A program made the position numbers and the translations under genes. Shown here one piece after another: positions 1 to 9,460 of a stretch of DNA of 64,000 bases; within the stretch, counting starts at the first letter, position 1; every line of letters starts with the position of its first letter. The DNA is from a virus. The notes under the pieces are model-generated. The model ran no database searches. It was not told the DNA's origin and saw only the letters and a list, made by a program, of their open reading frames with translations. Where the stretch lies: the IMG/VR virus record IMGVR_UViG_3300025646_005482, positions 1 through 64,000 of that record. One strand, written 5' to 3'.

Positions 1-10
1 AGAACAACAA

Positions 11-256
11 ATGCTTGAGTTTGCTAATGTCACCTCTGACATTGAGATGGTGAACAGGCATTTTACTGAAGATGAAAAATGGGAAAACATAAATGGTGAA
101 TTATGTGATGCCATTCTCAATAAGTACGGTGCAATACAGCAACTGTACGAAATAAAGTTTCAGAACATGTGGGACACATTTGAGATAGTGTGTAAAGAAT
201 ATCATGAAGCAAAGAAACAGCGGGAACGAGATACCTCTCTGGACGATATTGGATAA
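11..256 (+). CDS. hypothetical protein (may be 5'-truncated by the window edge)
   Basis: 81-aa ORF ending 2 nt before the next gene; no recognisable motif. Confidence 0.5.
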   Translation: MLEFANVTSDIEMVNRHFTEDEKWENINGELCDAILNKYGAIQQLYEIKFQNMWDTFEIVCKEYHEAKKQRERDTSLDDIG

Positions 257-258
257 AA

Positions 259-1425
259 ATGATTGAACCAACCCGATATTATGATGAGTTCCTCAAGTAC
301 TTTGATCTAGCACTCAGTCAGCAGAAAAAATGTAACGTATCAGAAGGTGCACCTTATGGTATGATCAAGCATGCTGAGAGTGACATGGGCGACGACCTCA
401 TGGAACACGTTGAACTATACGATGTAGTTGAACGTAAGTATGCAGGCTTCTCTCAGATCGTCAATGATGTGTTCTATGGTTGGACTGATAAGCATCCATA
501 TTGGAAGAAGATGGAAGCTGGTATGGTGACACGTCAGCGTGAGCAGGTCGCGAAAGACTGGACAGGCAAACATGCTGACTTCGGTTTACCTGAATGGCTC
601 TATGTGTTCATCCTGCATCGTGTGACAGGCTCTGCGATCAACTACGCAACCAAACCTTCAGGTTATCACAACACTATTCTCTTTAATCTTCATCAGTCGA
701 AAAACATCGAAGAGATGGTCGGACTGATGCGTCATTATCCTGCACCATTCTATACATCGGTTGGTTATCAGTTCCCTGCATTTCCTAAACCTCAAAAAGG
801 TTACAAGAAAGGTGGTGACTATTTTCTCGGTGAGTATGCACCTCGTTTAGCAAGAGAAATGGCAGAATGGTTGGAATCTGGTGGTAAGCGAGATCTACGA
901 GAGATTGGTGAGTTTATGCTCGAGTGGAACGTGAAGAACGGATTGCGTAAGTACCAATTTCAATATGCGGCTGTCGTGGCTGACATTGCAGATTGGTACC
1001 CACAGTATGTCAATTTAGAAAGCATGTTCTATTACGGTACAAATGCTGTAGAATGTATCTCATATCTTGCAAAGCCGACACAGAAGATGAGCAAAGAAAC
1101 ATTCCTTGATGCGGTGATGACAAAGATTTACGATGATACAGGAAGTGTACCATATAATGCTGAAGATGTATGTTGTGACTTCATTCGTTATGTTGAGAAC
1201 TATGTACGCCCAGGTCCGGACTACGATCATCTCGACTATGACAACTTATGGTCATCATGTGGTATCAAAGATCATCCGTACGGTAGACAAAAGTATATGC
1301 TTGAACTCGGTCTTGTCGACACATTCAATGGTATGAAGAATCATCCATCTGACGATGCTGTCCTCAAGGCAAATAATATGAACGTAACTGAATATCAAAA
1401 ACTATGTCGCTCACTCACTTCTTAG
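259..1425 (+). CDS. aGPT-Pplase / amino acid:DNA transferase-like protein (HhH-glycosylase fold), putative DNA base hypermodification enzyme
   Basis: Motifs FQYAAVVADIADW, YYGTNAVECI and NAEDVCCDFIRY resemble the aGPT-Pplase1 pattern F..(E/Q)...D, GPGA..G, E..LC...KY; adjacent to a paralog and a PLP enzyme. Confidence 0.6.
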   Translation: MIEPTRYYDEFLKYFDLALSQQKKCNVSEGAPYGMIKHAESDMGDDLMEHVELYDVVERKYAGFSQIVNDVFYGWTDKHPYWKKMEAGMVTRQREQVAKDWTGKHADFGLPEWLYVFILHRVTGSAINYATKPSGYHNTILFNLHQSKNIEEMVGLMRHYPAPFYTSVGYQFPAFPKPQKGYKKGGDYFLGEYAPRLAREMAEWLESGGKRDLREIGEFMLEWNVKNGLRKYQFQYAAVVADIADWYPQYVNLESMFYYGTNAVECISYLAKPTQKMSKETFLDAVMTKIYDDTGSVPYNAEDVCCDFIRYVENYVRPGPDYDHLDYDNLWSSCGIKDHPYGRQKYMLELGLVDTFNGMKNHPSDDAVLKANNMNVTEYQKLCRSLTS

Positions 1426-2402
1426 GCGAACACGAACACGACATCCAGTATCAGAATATTGCCGACGTAGAACTGAAGAACGGTAAACCAACCGAAAGTT
1501 GGATGAAAGATTGGTGTCAAGAGGCTCGAACGAATAAGTTCTTCGAGTTTTGTCGTGCCTATGACGAACGTCAAGATTTCCTACTCAAGAACAACTATCA
1601 GCAGTTCTCACATCGTTTGCACTGGCATGAGTGTCCTTTTGTCGATGAGATGAAGAAAGAAACTGACAGACGCAAGTTGATCGAAGCTTGTGTCCTGTTC
1701 TCGTTCAGTAACGAGCATTGGCAGACGTTCAGGGCATGGCGAGATCATGGTTATGATGGCATGAAGGTACGGTTCTCGAACTATCGCCATGCACGTTCTG
1801 ATCTGTTTCAGATATACTATCCGAAGGACACGAAGGTCAAAGATTGGTTGATCGAAGCACCACGCCGTATTGCTCTTGATATTGATTCGATGTTTGTTGA
1901 ACGACAAACTATGCGACCGTTCACAATGATGGAGTTTGCCAAGAAGATGAACATCATCATGGTCCGTGACTACGGTTTTCGTAATGCCATGTATCCATCG
2001 AAAAATGTTGCTCGTCATATTGCAATGTCACATCCTGAACTAGTAGATCCCGACTCGTTCCTACATGGTGGTACAGGTTATTTCGACGGGCTTTCACAAG
2101 TGTTTGACTGTCCTCACCTCATGAGTAAGTCGAAGTATGAGATCGACGAGTATGGTGATTATGTGCCTATGAATAAGTGGGCAGAGATGCAAGTAGAACA
2201 CATGAACTACTTAAAGAATCATCCGAATAATCCAATCCATACTCATCAGTATCTCAACTTAGAAGACAAACTGTGCATGCATTATAAGTTCATGTCGATG
2301 AAACTTGGAGAGAAGAAACAAACAAAGATGATCCCATATGATTGGGTTTATCCACAAAATTGGTCACTGAAGACAAACAAATATGACAGAACGTTATCGT
2401 AG
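1404..2402 (+). CDS. second aGPT-Pplase / amino acid:DNA transferase-like paralog
   Basis: DFLLKNNYQQF, VLFSFSNEHWQTF, GGTGYFDGLSQVF and NLEDKLCMHYKF occur in the order expected for aGPT-Pplase1-type proteins. Confidence 0.6.
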   Translation: MSLTHFLGEHEHDIQYQNIADVELKNGKPTESWMKDWCQEARTNKFFEFCRAYDERQDFLLKNNYQQFSHRLHWHECPFVDEMKKETDRRKLIEACVLFSFSNEHWQTFRAWRDHGYDGMKVRFSNYRHARSDLFQIYYPKDTKVKDWLIEAPRRIALDIDSMFVERQTMRPFTMMEFAKKMNIIMVRDYGFRNAMYPSKNVARHIAMSHPELVDPDSFLHGGTGYFDGLSQVFDCPHLMSKSKYEIDEYGDYVPMNKWAEMQVEHMNYLKNHPNNPIHTHQYLNLEDKLCMHYKFMSMKLGEKKQTKMIPYDWVYPQNWSLKTNKYDRTLS

Positions 2403-2607
2403 AGCAGTAGTCGAAGCAGTGACTGATACCTTACTTGCTACACCACTCAATATGTTGATTAGTTGGGTGTTGTTATGGTTTGCATTTCAATATATGTGGG
2501 GACCTACGGTTACAATGTTTGTACAAACTGGTATAATGTTTATCTTTGCAGTGAGTCGTAAGGTGTATCTGCGTTTATATTTTCAGAGGCGCTATGAGTC
2601 ACGATAA
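2383..2607 (+). CDS. small membrane protein
   Basis: 74 aa, two hydrophobic segments, overlaps both neighbours as in an operon. Confidence 0.6.
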   Translation: MTERYRRAVVEAVTDTLLATPLNMLISWVLLWFAFQYMWGPTVTMFVQTGIMFIFAVSRKVYLRLYFQRRYESR

Positions 2608-3478
2608 TCATATCATTGATGGGGTAAATAAGGACGTAGGTATATTTGGCTACGAAGCCGCTCGTGAATACTATTTGGAGATGTGTGAAGGATGGAAACC
2701 CTACAATCCAGATCCAATAGTAAAAGTACACGACGGTGTCAGAGTTGTCAGAGACGACCTCACAGTGGGAACGAAAACTCGAGCGGGAGATCTTTTGGCT
2801 GCTCGTTGCCCGACTGATACTATGGTTTATTGTCAGCCTCGGACTGGGCTTGCTGGTGTATCTCTTCTTGACGTAGCAAAACATCATGGTAAGAAGGTCA
2901 CACTGTTTATGCCTTCTTCGAAAAGAGTATCACTTCATCAGGCTTGTTGTATCGAGCGTGGTGCAGATGTACAGTTTCATCGCATCGCTGCGATGCCTAA
3001 CCTTAATAAAAAGGCGAAAGAATATGCGGAACAAAATGGACACTACTTCATACCACTTGGCCTTCGACACGAGCTCGCTACCGCCGGAATTGTTTACGCA
3101 GCTAGTAGAATACCTGAGCCCGAAGTCGTATACGTCGCTATCTCTACTGGTGTTCTTACAAGAGCTCTTCAGATTGCATGGCCCAATGCTACCTTCCGTT
3201 GCGTTGCTGTTGCTAGGAACCTTAAAGCAGGCGAGTTAGGTAGAGGCGAAGTCATATCAGAACCACTCGCTTTTACTCAAGCAGAGAAGAAAGAAAACCT
3301 ACCTCCGTTCCCCACCATCGACACATATGACGGCAAAGTGTGGAAATATATTCCTAAAAATACCAGTCAGGACATACTTTTCTGGAACGTAGGCACAGAT
3401 CCAGTTTTACAAGATGAGACGATTTATGATAGAATAGATTCATATCGTCAGTGGGAGAAAGATCAATGCGCGGCTTAG
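2594..3478 (+). CDS. PLP-dependent enzyme, fold type II (tryptophan synthase beta / threonine dehydratase-like); candidate decarboxylase of a hypermodified base
   Basis: VVRDDL..GTKTR (PLP lysine), GLAGVSL, YFIPLG, VAISTGVLTRAL (phosphate loop), LFWNVG. Confidence 0.8.
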   Translation: MSHDNHIIDGVNKDVGIFGYEAAREYYLEMCEGWKPYNPDPIVKVHDGVRVVRDDLTVGTKTRAGDLLAARCPTDTMVYCQPRTGLAGVSLLDVAKHHGKKVTLFMPSSKRVSLHQACCIERGADVQFHRIAAMPNLNKKAKEYAEQNGHYFIPLGLRHELATAGIVYAASRIPEPEVVYVAISTGVLTRALQIAWPNATFRCVAVARNLKAGELGRGEVISEPLAFTQAEKKENLPPFPTIDTYDGKVWKYIPKNTSQDILFWNVGTDPVLQDETIYDRIDSYRQWEKDQCAA

Positions 3479-4569
3479 TTGCGTCACCGTTCAATGTAAT
3501 GTCAAAATCAATGGACAGCCATCGTGCTGCACAAGGTGTCATTTATGCAGATCAGCTTAAGCATGCTGGTAAAGACATCGATGTCTGTATGTCTGGGTTC
3601 CTCTACAAGGAAGATTGGAACCAGTACGATGAACTATACGTATATCATGGGAATGATTGGGGTGGCTCTCTGAATCTGTTTGGTGGACTGCAGAATTATA
3701 GTGGTATCTACAACTTCGTTAACTTCTCAAAATTCAAAGGCAAAGTGTACTCTCTCGTCATTGACATGGTCGACTACTATGCCATTATGAAAGAGAAACT
3801 CGATAAGGCCAAAGAGAAAGGTCAAGAGTATAATGCCGAGTGGAACGAAGTAGATTGGGATAATCTCAAGCGCATGTGTACAGAAGCCGAAACTCTCGAC
3901 CCGAATAATATTGCCGATCGTGAATATCGTAGGATCGCAATCGGTGATAGTCATGCCATCTGCATGTATCGTCCTTATTGGCGAAATATCTCGGTACCAT
4001 TCAAGACACTACATGGTGCATTGAAAGAAGGACTCGATAGTTTTATACCGACTGGTTCATACAGCGAAATTGAATTTTACTTTGGTAACATTGATATTCG
4101 TCATCATCTTTGTAGACAAGATAATCCAGAACAGGCAACTATAGAATTAGTGCGCAAATATATCGAGCAAGCAAGAGGCATCGCAGATTATTATAATGCA
4201 CATGTTCGCTTGTACGAACCTCTGCCTATTGAAAATCCTAGTCGTAAGATCCCAAAAACCGGTTGGCATAAAGGCGCACCTTTCTGTGGTGATTGGGCAT
4301 CGCGTAACTTTATTCGTAAACTTTTTCGAGAAGAGATTCGTAAACATCAAAGTGCCGAAGTTTCTTTGTACGAGTGGGTTGGAGAGATGATAAATAACAA
4401 AGGTGAGTTAGACTTTGAATACATGGAAAAACCTCAATCGGTACACCTCTCACGTCGCTGGTATCCTCATTGGCAAGGATACGAGTACAGCCACGCACCA
4501 TTCATCGATTACACTCCTATCCCAGAAGGATCCAAGAAGACGAATTCTTTGGAAGATTTCTTTGGGTAA
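3466..4569 (+). CDS. SGNH/GDSL hydrolase-fold protein with C-terminal sliding-clamp-binding-like tail
   Basis: IAIGDSHA (block I), FGNIDIRHH (block III-like), SVHLS (block V-like); C-terminus SLEDFFG; GGAGA SD before ATG 3466. Confidence 0.6.
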   Translation: MRGLVASPFNVMSKSMDSHRAAQGVIYADQLKHAGKDIDVCMSGFLYKEDWNQYDELYVYHGNDWGGSLNLFGGLQNYSGIYNFVNFSKFKGKVYSLVIDMVDYYAIMKEKLDKAKEKGQEYNAEWNEVDWDNLKRMCTEAETLDPNNIADREYRRIAIGDSHAICMYRPYWRNISVPFKTLHGALKEGLDSFIPTGSYSEIEFYFGNIDIRHHLCRQDNPEQATIELVRKYIEQARGIADYYNAHVRLYEPLPIENPSRKIPKTGWHKGAPFCGDWASRNFIRKLFREEIRKHQSAEVSLYEWVGEMINNKGELDFEYMEKPQSVHLSRRWYPHWQGYEYSHAPFIDYTPIPEGSKKTNSLEDFFG

Positions 4570-4682
4570 AGTAACAGTCAATTGTGATGTGCATGTACCA
4601 GATAAAATAGTACATAAACACCTGCGGTACATGAAGAAAAATAACCTGAAGAGCACATCATTCTATTACCAAAAATTACCTG

Positions 4683-4711
4683 TTTACATTTATGTAGAAT
4701 CATGGTAGAAT
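4683..4711 (+). promoter_or_regulatory. T4-type early (sigma70) promoter
   Basis: GTTTACA-17 nt-TAGAAT with extended TG. Confidence 0.7.
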
Positions 4712-4735
4712 AATATTTCAAAGTGAGGATATATT

Positions 4736-5698
4736 ATGGAACTTAAGATCGAAGTTAGCGAACTTCAAAAATATAAATTATTCATTGCAACTCCGATGTA
4801 TGGCGCACAATGTTCTGGTATGTACACTCGTGGCATGTCTGATCTATCAGCTAAGATGGCTAAGTACGGCATACCAATGCAATTCTATTATCTGTTCAAC
4901 GAATCACTGATTACACGAGCTCGCAACTATTGTGTTGACGAGTTTATGAGATCTGATGCTACACATTTGATGTTCATCGACTCTGATATCGGATTTAAAT
5001 CAGACGATGTCATCGCGATGTTAGGTTTGATGGTACAAAATGCAGAAGATTATGATGTACTGTGTGGCCCATATCCTAAGAAAACTATTTCATGGGAAAA
5101 GATCGTACAAGCTGTAAACAAAGGTGTGGCTGACAGCGATCCAAATGTTTTGGAAAATTATGTTGGCGATTACGTATTCAATCCAGTGAAGCAATCAGCG
5201 ATCAAGATTAGTGAGCCAGCAGAAGTAGCAGAAGGTGGTACAGGATTTATGATGATTTCTAAGCGTACATTCGAAGAGTACGCTATGAACTATCCTCAGT
5301 TTTATTACAAGCCAGATCATGTACGTACTGCCAACTTTGATGGTAGTCGAGAGATCATGGCATATTTTGATGCACTCATCGATGATAAGTCACAGAACTT
5401 GCTCAACGAGATTCAAGCATTTTATGACAAAAACCCTGATGCTGTCAAAGAAGATGTGATTAAATTTTTGGCAGACAAGAAGACAGGCATTCATACAGAA
5501 ACATATTCGAATCGATACTTGTCCGAAGACTACATGTTTTGTTATAATGTAAGACGTATGGGAAGAAAAGTGTGGATGTGTCCATGGATTCAACTCAAAC
5601 ACATCGGTTCCTATACATTTGGTGGATCATTGTCACACATTGCACAAATTGGGGCTAGCGCTACTGCAGACCCATCAAAATTAGGTAAGAAAAAGTAG
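4736..5698 (+). CDS. GT-A fold glycosyltransferase
   Basis: LFIATPMYG, NESLITRARN, HLMFIDSDI (DxD), GTGFMMI, YLSEDYMFC. Confidence 0.8.
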   Translation: MELKIEVSELQKYKLFIATPMYGAQCSGMYTRGMSDLSAKMAKYGIPMQFYYLFNESLITRARNYCVDEFMRSDATHLMFIDSDIGFKSDDVIAMLGLMVQNAEDYDVLCGPYPKKTISWEKIVQAVNKGVADSDPNVLENYVGDYVFNPVKQSAIKISEPAEVAEGGTGFMMISKRTFEEYAMNYPQFYYKPDHVRTANFDGSREIMAYFDALIDDKSQNLLNEIQAFYDKNPDAVKEDVIKFLADKKTGIHTETYSNRYLSEDYMFCYNVRRMGRKVWMCPWIQLKHIGSYTFGGSLSHIAQIGASATADPSKLGKKK

Positions 5699-5709
5699 GA
5701 AACTATATT

Positions 5710-6021
5710 ATGAGAAAAGACAATCAATTCTTTGGAGTAACAAAGAATGGTGAAAATCAACAGTTCAATTGCTATCATAGGAATAGCACCGGTAAATTTG
5801 TCGTACGTTTTAATGCCAATAATTATGTACCTGAAAAAAGCGGTAATAAGAAAAGCCAATGGACAGGTAAAAAATTATCTTCATTTAGTACGAAACAAGA
5901 AGCTATTAGAGCTGGTTATTTAATTTGTTCAGCTCTTAATCATCCAAGAGATGTACGTGAGATGAAACGTGTGGTACAATTAAGATCTGATTTCATTGAT
6001 TCATTTGGAGCTATAGTATGA
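5710..6021 (+). CDS. hypothetical protein
   Basis: 103-aa ORF with AGGA SD; overlaps the gp45 start. Confidence 0.55.
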   Translation: MRKDNQFFGVTKNGENQQFNCYHRNSTGKFVVRFNANNYVPEKSGNKKSQWTGKKLSSFSTKQEAIRAGYLICSALNHPRDVREMKRVVQLRSDFIDSFGAIV

Positions 6022-6671
6022 AACTCAATACACGTACTATTCAAGTACTCAAAAACTTTGCGTCTATCAACCCGTCCATTCAGTTCTCTGAAGGCACGAA
6101 TTTGAAGACCATCTCACCAAACAAGACGATGATGGCCAAAGCCAAACTCGAAGATGTAATTCCTTCGTCTTTTGCCATCTATGATCTGTCTCGTTTTCTC
6201 GGTGTTGTATCATTGTTCGAAGATCCGACATATAAGATCGAAGATCGTATGGTCAACATCTCCTCACCTGGTCGAAAGGTTAGCTATACGTTTGCTGATC
6301 CTTCCACCATCATCACACCTCCAGATCGTGAGATCGTATTGGAAGATCCTGATGTCGTGTTCGAACTCAAGCAAGAAAACTTTGCTGAGATCATGAAAGC
6401 ACTTGGCGTCATGTCATTCCCTGATCTGTGTGTAGTTGGCGAAGACGGTAAAGTTATTCTTCGTGCAACAGACACCAAAAATCCATCTTCTGATAAATAT
6501 GATATCGAAGTCGGATCTACCGATCGTACCTTTACCGCAGTTTTCAAAACTGAAAACGTTAAGATCCTGCCGTCCTCCTACACGGTAAGTCTTTCCTCGA
6601 AGGGCATTTCTCACTTTGTGTCCGACGATGTAGAGTATTGGATCAGCCTTGAAGCTAACTCGACCTTCTAA
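6018..6671 (+). CDS. gp45: DNA polymerase sliding clamp
   Basis: MKL...LKNFASINPSI, FAIYDLSRFL, YWISLE; T4 gp45 signature and synteny with gp44/gp62. Confidence 0.95.
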   Translation: MKLNTRTIQVLKNFASINPSIQFSEGTNLKTISPNKTMMAKAKLEDVIPSSFAIYDLSRFLGVVSLFEDPTYKIEDRMVNISSPGRKVSYTFADPSTIITPPDREIVLEDPDVVFELKQENFAEIMKALGVMSFPDLCVVGEDGKVILRATDTKNPSSDKYDIEVGSTDRTFTAVFKTENVKILPSSYTVSLSSKGISHFVSDDVEYWISLEANSTF

Positions 6672-6765
6672 GGCGGCGATCAAAAGGGGGCACGGAACAG
6701 CTTGACGTGTCGGCTATGAGCGAAGGGATTGGGGCGACTAGCATTTTTTAAAGAGTAAGGATGAA

Positions 6766-7365
6766 TTGAGCAAGCACGTTGTTTATCACCACATACCGAA
6801 AACTGGTGGAACTTCCATCGTCGAACTATTTGAAAAAAGATTTGAACAAATGGAGAATCCCTTATCTCTCCTCAAATTCTTCGACAAGGATACCGATACT
6901 TATTATATCGTTAATCATCTTTTGTCTATATCTGAAGCCTGTGGAAATGCAGGAATTCCAAAAGAGGTTAAACATATCGTATCTGTAAGAGATCCGATTT
7001 ATAGATTTCTATCGTGTCTTAATCATAGATCAGTTCAAGCATTTGATCTAAAAAAGGAAGCTTACAGATTTGACAGCTCACAACAAGATTGGTTTGAGAA
7101 AAATAGAAAACATTTAGAAACACTAGATGTTACATTCATTAAATGTGAAAATTTGAATAGAGAATTTAAAGAGGCTTTCAATATACACAAGCAATTGGGT
7201 TTTTCAAAACGATCTATTGATAGATTTAAATCTCGAAATTTTAATATGGATGATTTCAATGAATGGTCGAAATTAGATGAGCAGACCAAACAAAAATTGA
7301 GAACATTATTTCAAGATGAATATTATGTGTTAAAATGTTTCGGTATAGAGTATAATATACCATGA
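6766..7365 (+). CDS. sulfotransferase family protein (Sulfotransfer_2-like)
   Basis: HHIPKTGGTSI (5'-PSB loop) and VRDPIYRFLS (3'-PB motif). Confidence 0.75.
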   Translation: MSKHVVYHHIPKTGGTSIVELFEKRFEQMENPLSLLKFFDKDTDTYYIVNHLLSISEACGNAGIPKEVKHIVSVRDPIYRFLSCLNHRSVQAFDLKKEAYRFDSSQQDWFEKNRKHLETLDVTFIKCENLNREFKEAFNIHKQLGFSKRSIDRFKSRNFNMDDFNEWSKLDEQTKQKLRTLFQDEYYVLKCFGIEYNIP

Positions 7366-7384
7366 TGAACAAGGTGAAGTTTAT

Positions 7385-8323
7385 ATGCGTAATGATTTTT
7401 TATGGGTCGAGAAGTATCGTCCCAAGACTGTAAGTGATACTATTCTTCCAGTTGATCTGAAGAAAACGTTTCAACAATTTGTAGATCAACAAAATATCCC
7501 AAACCTCATCCTCACTGGCGGTCCCGGTGTAGGTAAGACGACCGTCGCTCGAGCAATGTTAGAACAACTCGAATGCGACTACATCGTCATCAATGGCTCG
7601 ATGAACGGCAACATCGATACACTTCGTGTAGAGATACAACAGTTTGCTTCATCGGTCTCACTCAGTGGTGGTCGTAAGTACGTCATTCTCGACGAAGCAG
7701 ACTACCTCAACCCTAACTCCACACAACCAGCACTTCGCAATTTTATGGAAGAATATTCCTCTAATTGTGGATTCATTCTGACTTGTAACTTCAAGAACAA
7801 GATCATCGATCCTCTGCACTCTCGATGCAGTGTGATCGAGTTTAAGATCGCCAAAGAAGACAAGCCAGACATGGCAGCTCAACTCTTCAAGCGAGTCATC
7901 AACATCCTCAAGTCAGAGAATGTAGACTTCGATCAGAAAGCTGTCGCCGAAGTGATCAATAAATATTTTCCAGATAATCGAAGGATTCTGAATGAACTAC
8001 AACGATACTCTGCTACTGGCAGGATTGACACTGGTGTACTTGCTAATCTCCACGAGACTACACTACAAAATCTTGTTGGAGCTTTACGAGACAAAGATTT
8101 TACCACCGTCCGAAAGTGGGTCGCAGACAACTCAGACGTAGAAGCAGCTACCATCTTCCGTCAGATCTACAACAAGTGTTCTGACTTCATGAAACCTGGC
8201 AGTGTGCCTCAGCTCGTTCTCATCCTCGCCGATTATCAATACAAGGATGCATTCGTTGCTGATCACGAGATCAACATGACTGCATGCCTCACCGAGATTA
8301 TGGTCAACTGTGAGTTCTCGTAA
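7385..8323 (+). CDS. gp44: clamp loader large subunit (AAA+)
   Basis: LWVEKYRP, GGPGVGKTT (Walker A), ILDEAD (Walker B), LHSRC. Confidence 0.97.
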   Translation: MRNDFLWVEKYRPKTVSDTILPVDLKKTFQQFVDQQNIPNLILTGGPGVGKTTVARAMLEQLECDYIVINGSMNGNIDTLRVEIQQFASSVSLSGGRKYVILDEADYLNPNSTQPALRNFMEEYSSNCGFILTCNFKNKIIDPLHSRCSVIEFKIAKEDKPDMAAQLFKRVINILKSENVDFDQKAVAEVINKYFPDNRRILNELQRYSATGRIDTGVLANLHETTLQNLVGALRDKDFTTVRKWVADNSDVEAATIFRQIYNKCSDFMKPGSVPQLVLILADYQYKDAFVADHEINMTACLTEIMVNCEFS

Positions 8324-8481
8324 TGTGGAGAATTTGGGCCAAATCACTCGGAGAAAAAGTAGGCGAAACAGATTCACAGGCAGATGCAGTAGCTATCATC
8401 AGGACGTTCTGGTGGCTCCTCCATGTGATTACTTGTTTCATGATAATCATACATAACGGTCATAATTTAGGATGGTGGTGA
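8323..8481 (+). CDS. small conserved membrane protein of marine T4-like phages
   Basis: Read manually: MWRIWAKSLGEKVGETDSQADAVAIIRTFWW... (52 aa, below the ORF-track cutoff). Confidence 0.6.
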   Translation: MWRIWAKSLGEKVGETDSQADAVAIIRTFWWLLHVITCFMIIIHNGHNLGWW

Positions 8482-8684
8482 TGTTTCCAGGAATTGGTAA
8501 AGATCTATTTAAGAAAAAGCAAGCAAAACACTGTCAAACACCGAACTGTAGTAATGTACTGCCAGAACAACCAGCTGTAATATATGTAGGCGAGTATGCG
8601 TTCGATGTCTGTGAAGAATGCGAGAAGTTGATGGATATTATACAACAGAAAACGGAGGAGCACTATGGCGACGAGTCCCTTTGA
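8472..8684 (+). CDS. hypothetical Zn-finger-like protein
   Basis: CxxxxC...CxxC. Confidence 0.5.
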   Translation: MVVMFPGIGKDLFKKKQAKHCQTPNCSNVLPEQPAVIYVGEYAFDVCEECEKLMDIIQQKTEEHYGDESL

Positions 8685-9054
8685 TTATCTGAACTCCATC
8701 AATGTCACAAAGCAGAACATGATGCGTGATACAGACAACGACAAGCTAGCCGAGAAAGACTACAATGCCTTTATCGTCAATCGAGGTTTGTCATACTTTC
8801 AAGACACCGTTACTATCGCAAATGAAATGAATATCCACCACGAGCTCGATCACAAACTTCAATACGAGTTTCTTATAAATATCGTAAGGCCACGAAAAAG
8901 ATTCTCGAAGTGGTATAAGAAAGAGCAGGACAGTGATGTTGATGCGGTGTCAGAATACTATGGTTATAGTAATGAACGAGCCGCACAAGCTCTCACTATT
9001 TTGTCTAATGAAGAAATAAAAAAAATAAAAGAAAAATTAGAAAAAGGTGGATAA
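8665..9054 (+). CDS. gp62: clamp loader small subunit
   Basis: SPFDYLNSIN, YNAFIVNRGLSYF, ANEMN, RPRKRFSKW, EYYGYS. Confidence 0.95.
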   Translation: MATSPFDYLNSINVTKQNMMRDTDNDKLAEKDYNAFIVNRGLSYFQDTVTIANEMNIHHELDHKLQYEFLINIVRPRKRFSKWYKKEQDSDVDAVSEYYGYSNERAAQALTILSNEEIKKIKEKLEKGG

Positions 9055-9454
9055 TATGAGTGCGGTAGAATCTCTAGTAGAGGTTACTCTCAAGAACCAA
9101 GACGATTTCCTCAAGGTACGTGAAACTCTTACACGTATCGGTATTGCATCTCCAAAAGAAAAGAAACTTTATCAATCATGTCACATTCTCCATAAGCGTG
9201 GCAAATACTACATCGTTCACTTCAAAGAATTGTTTGCTCTTGATGGCAAGCCTACAAATTTCTCTGAAGATGACCAAGGCAGACGCAATACAATTGCTAA
9301 ACTCCTTTCAGACTGGAATCTCATCTCAGTCGTAAACGAAGGGAAAATCATAGACCCATCAGCCCCCATGAACCAGATCAAGATCATTGCCCATAAGGAC
9401 AAGGACGACTGGGAGCTAGTGGCCAAGTACAATATAGGTAATAAAAAGAAGTAG
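9047..9454 (+). CDS. regA: translational repressor RegA
   Basis: DDFLKVRETLTRIGIAS, LYQSCHILHKRGKYYIVHFKELFALDG. Confidence 0.97.
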   Translation: MDNMSAVESLVEVTLKNQDDFLKVRETLTRIGIASPKEKKLYQSCHILHKRGKYYIVHFKELFALDGKPTNFSEDDQGRRNTIAKLLSDWNLISVVNEGKIIDPSAPMNQIKIIAHKDKDDWELVAKYNIGNKKK

Positions 9455-9460
9455 TGAGCG

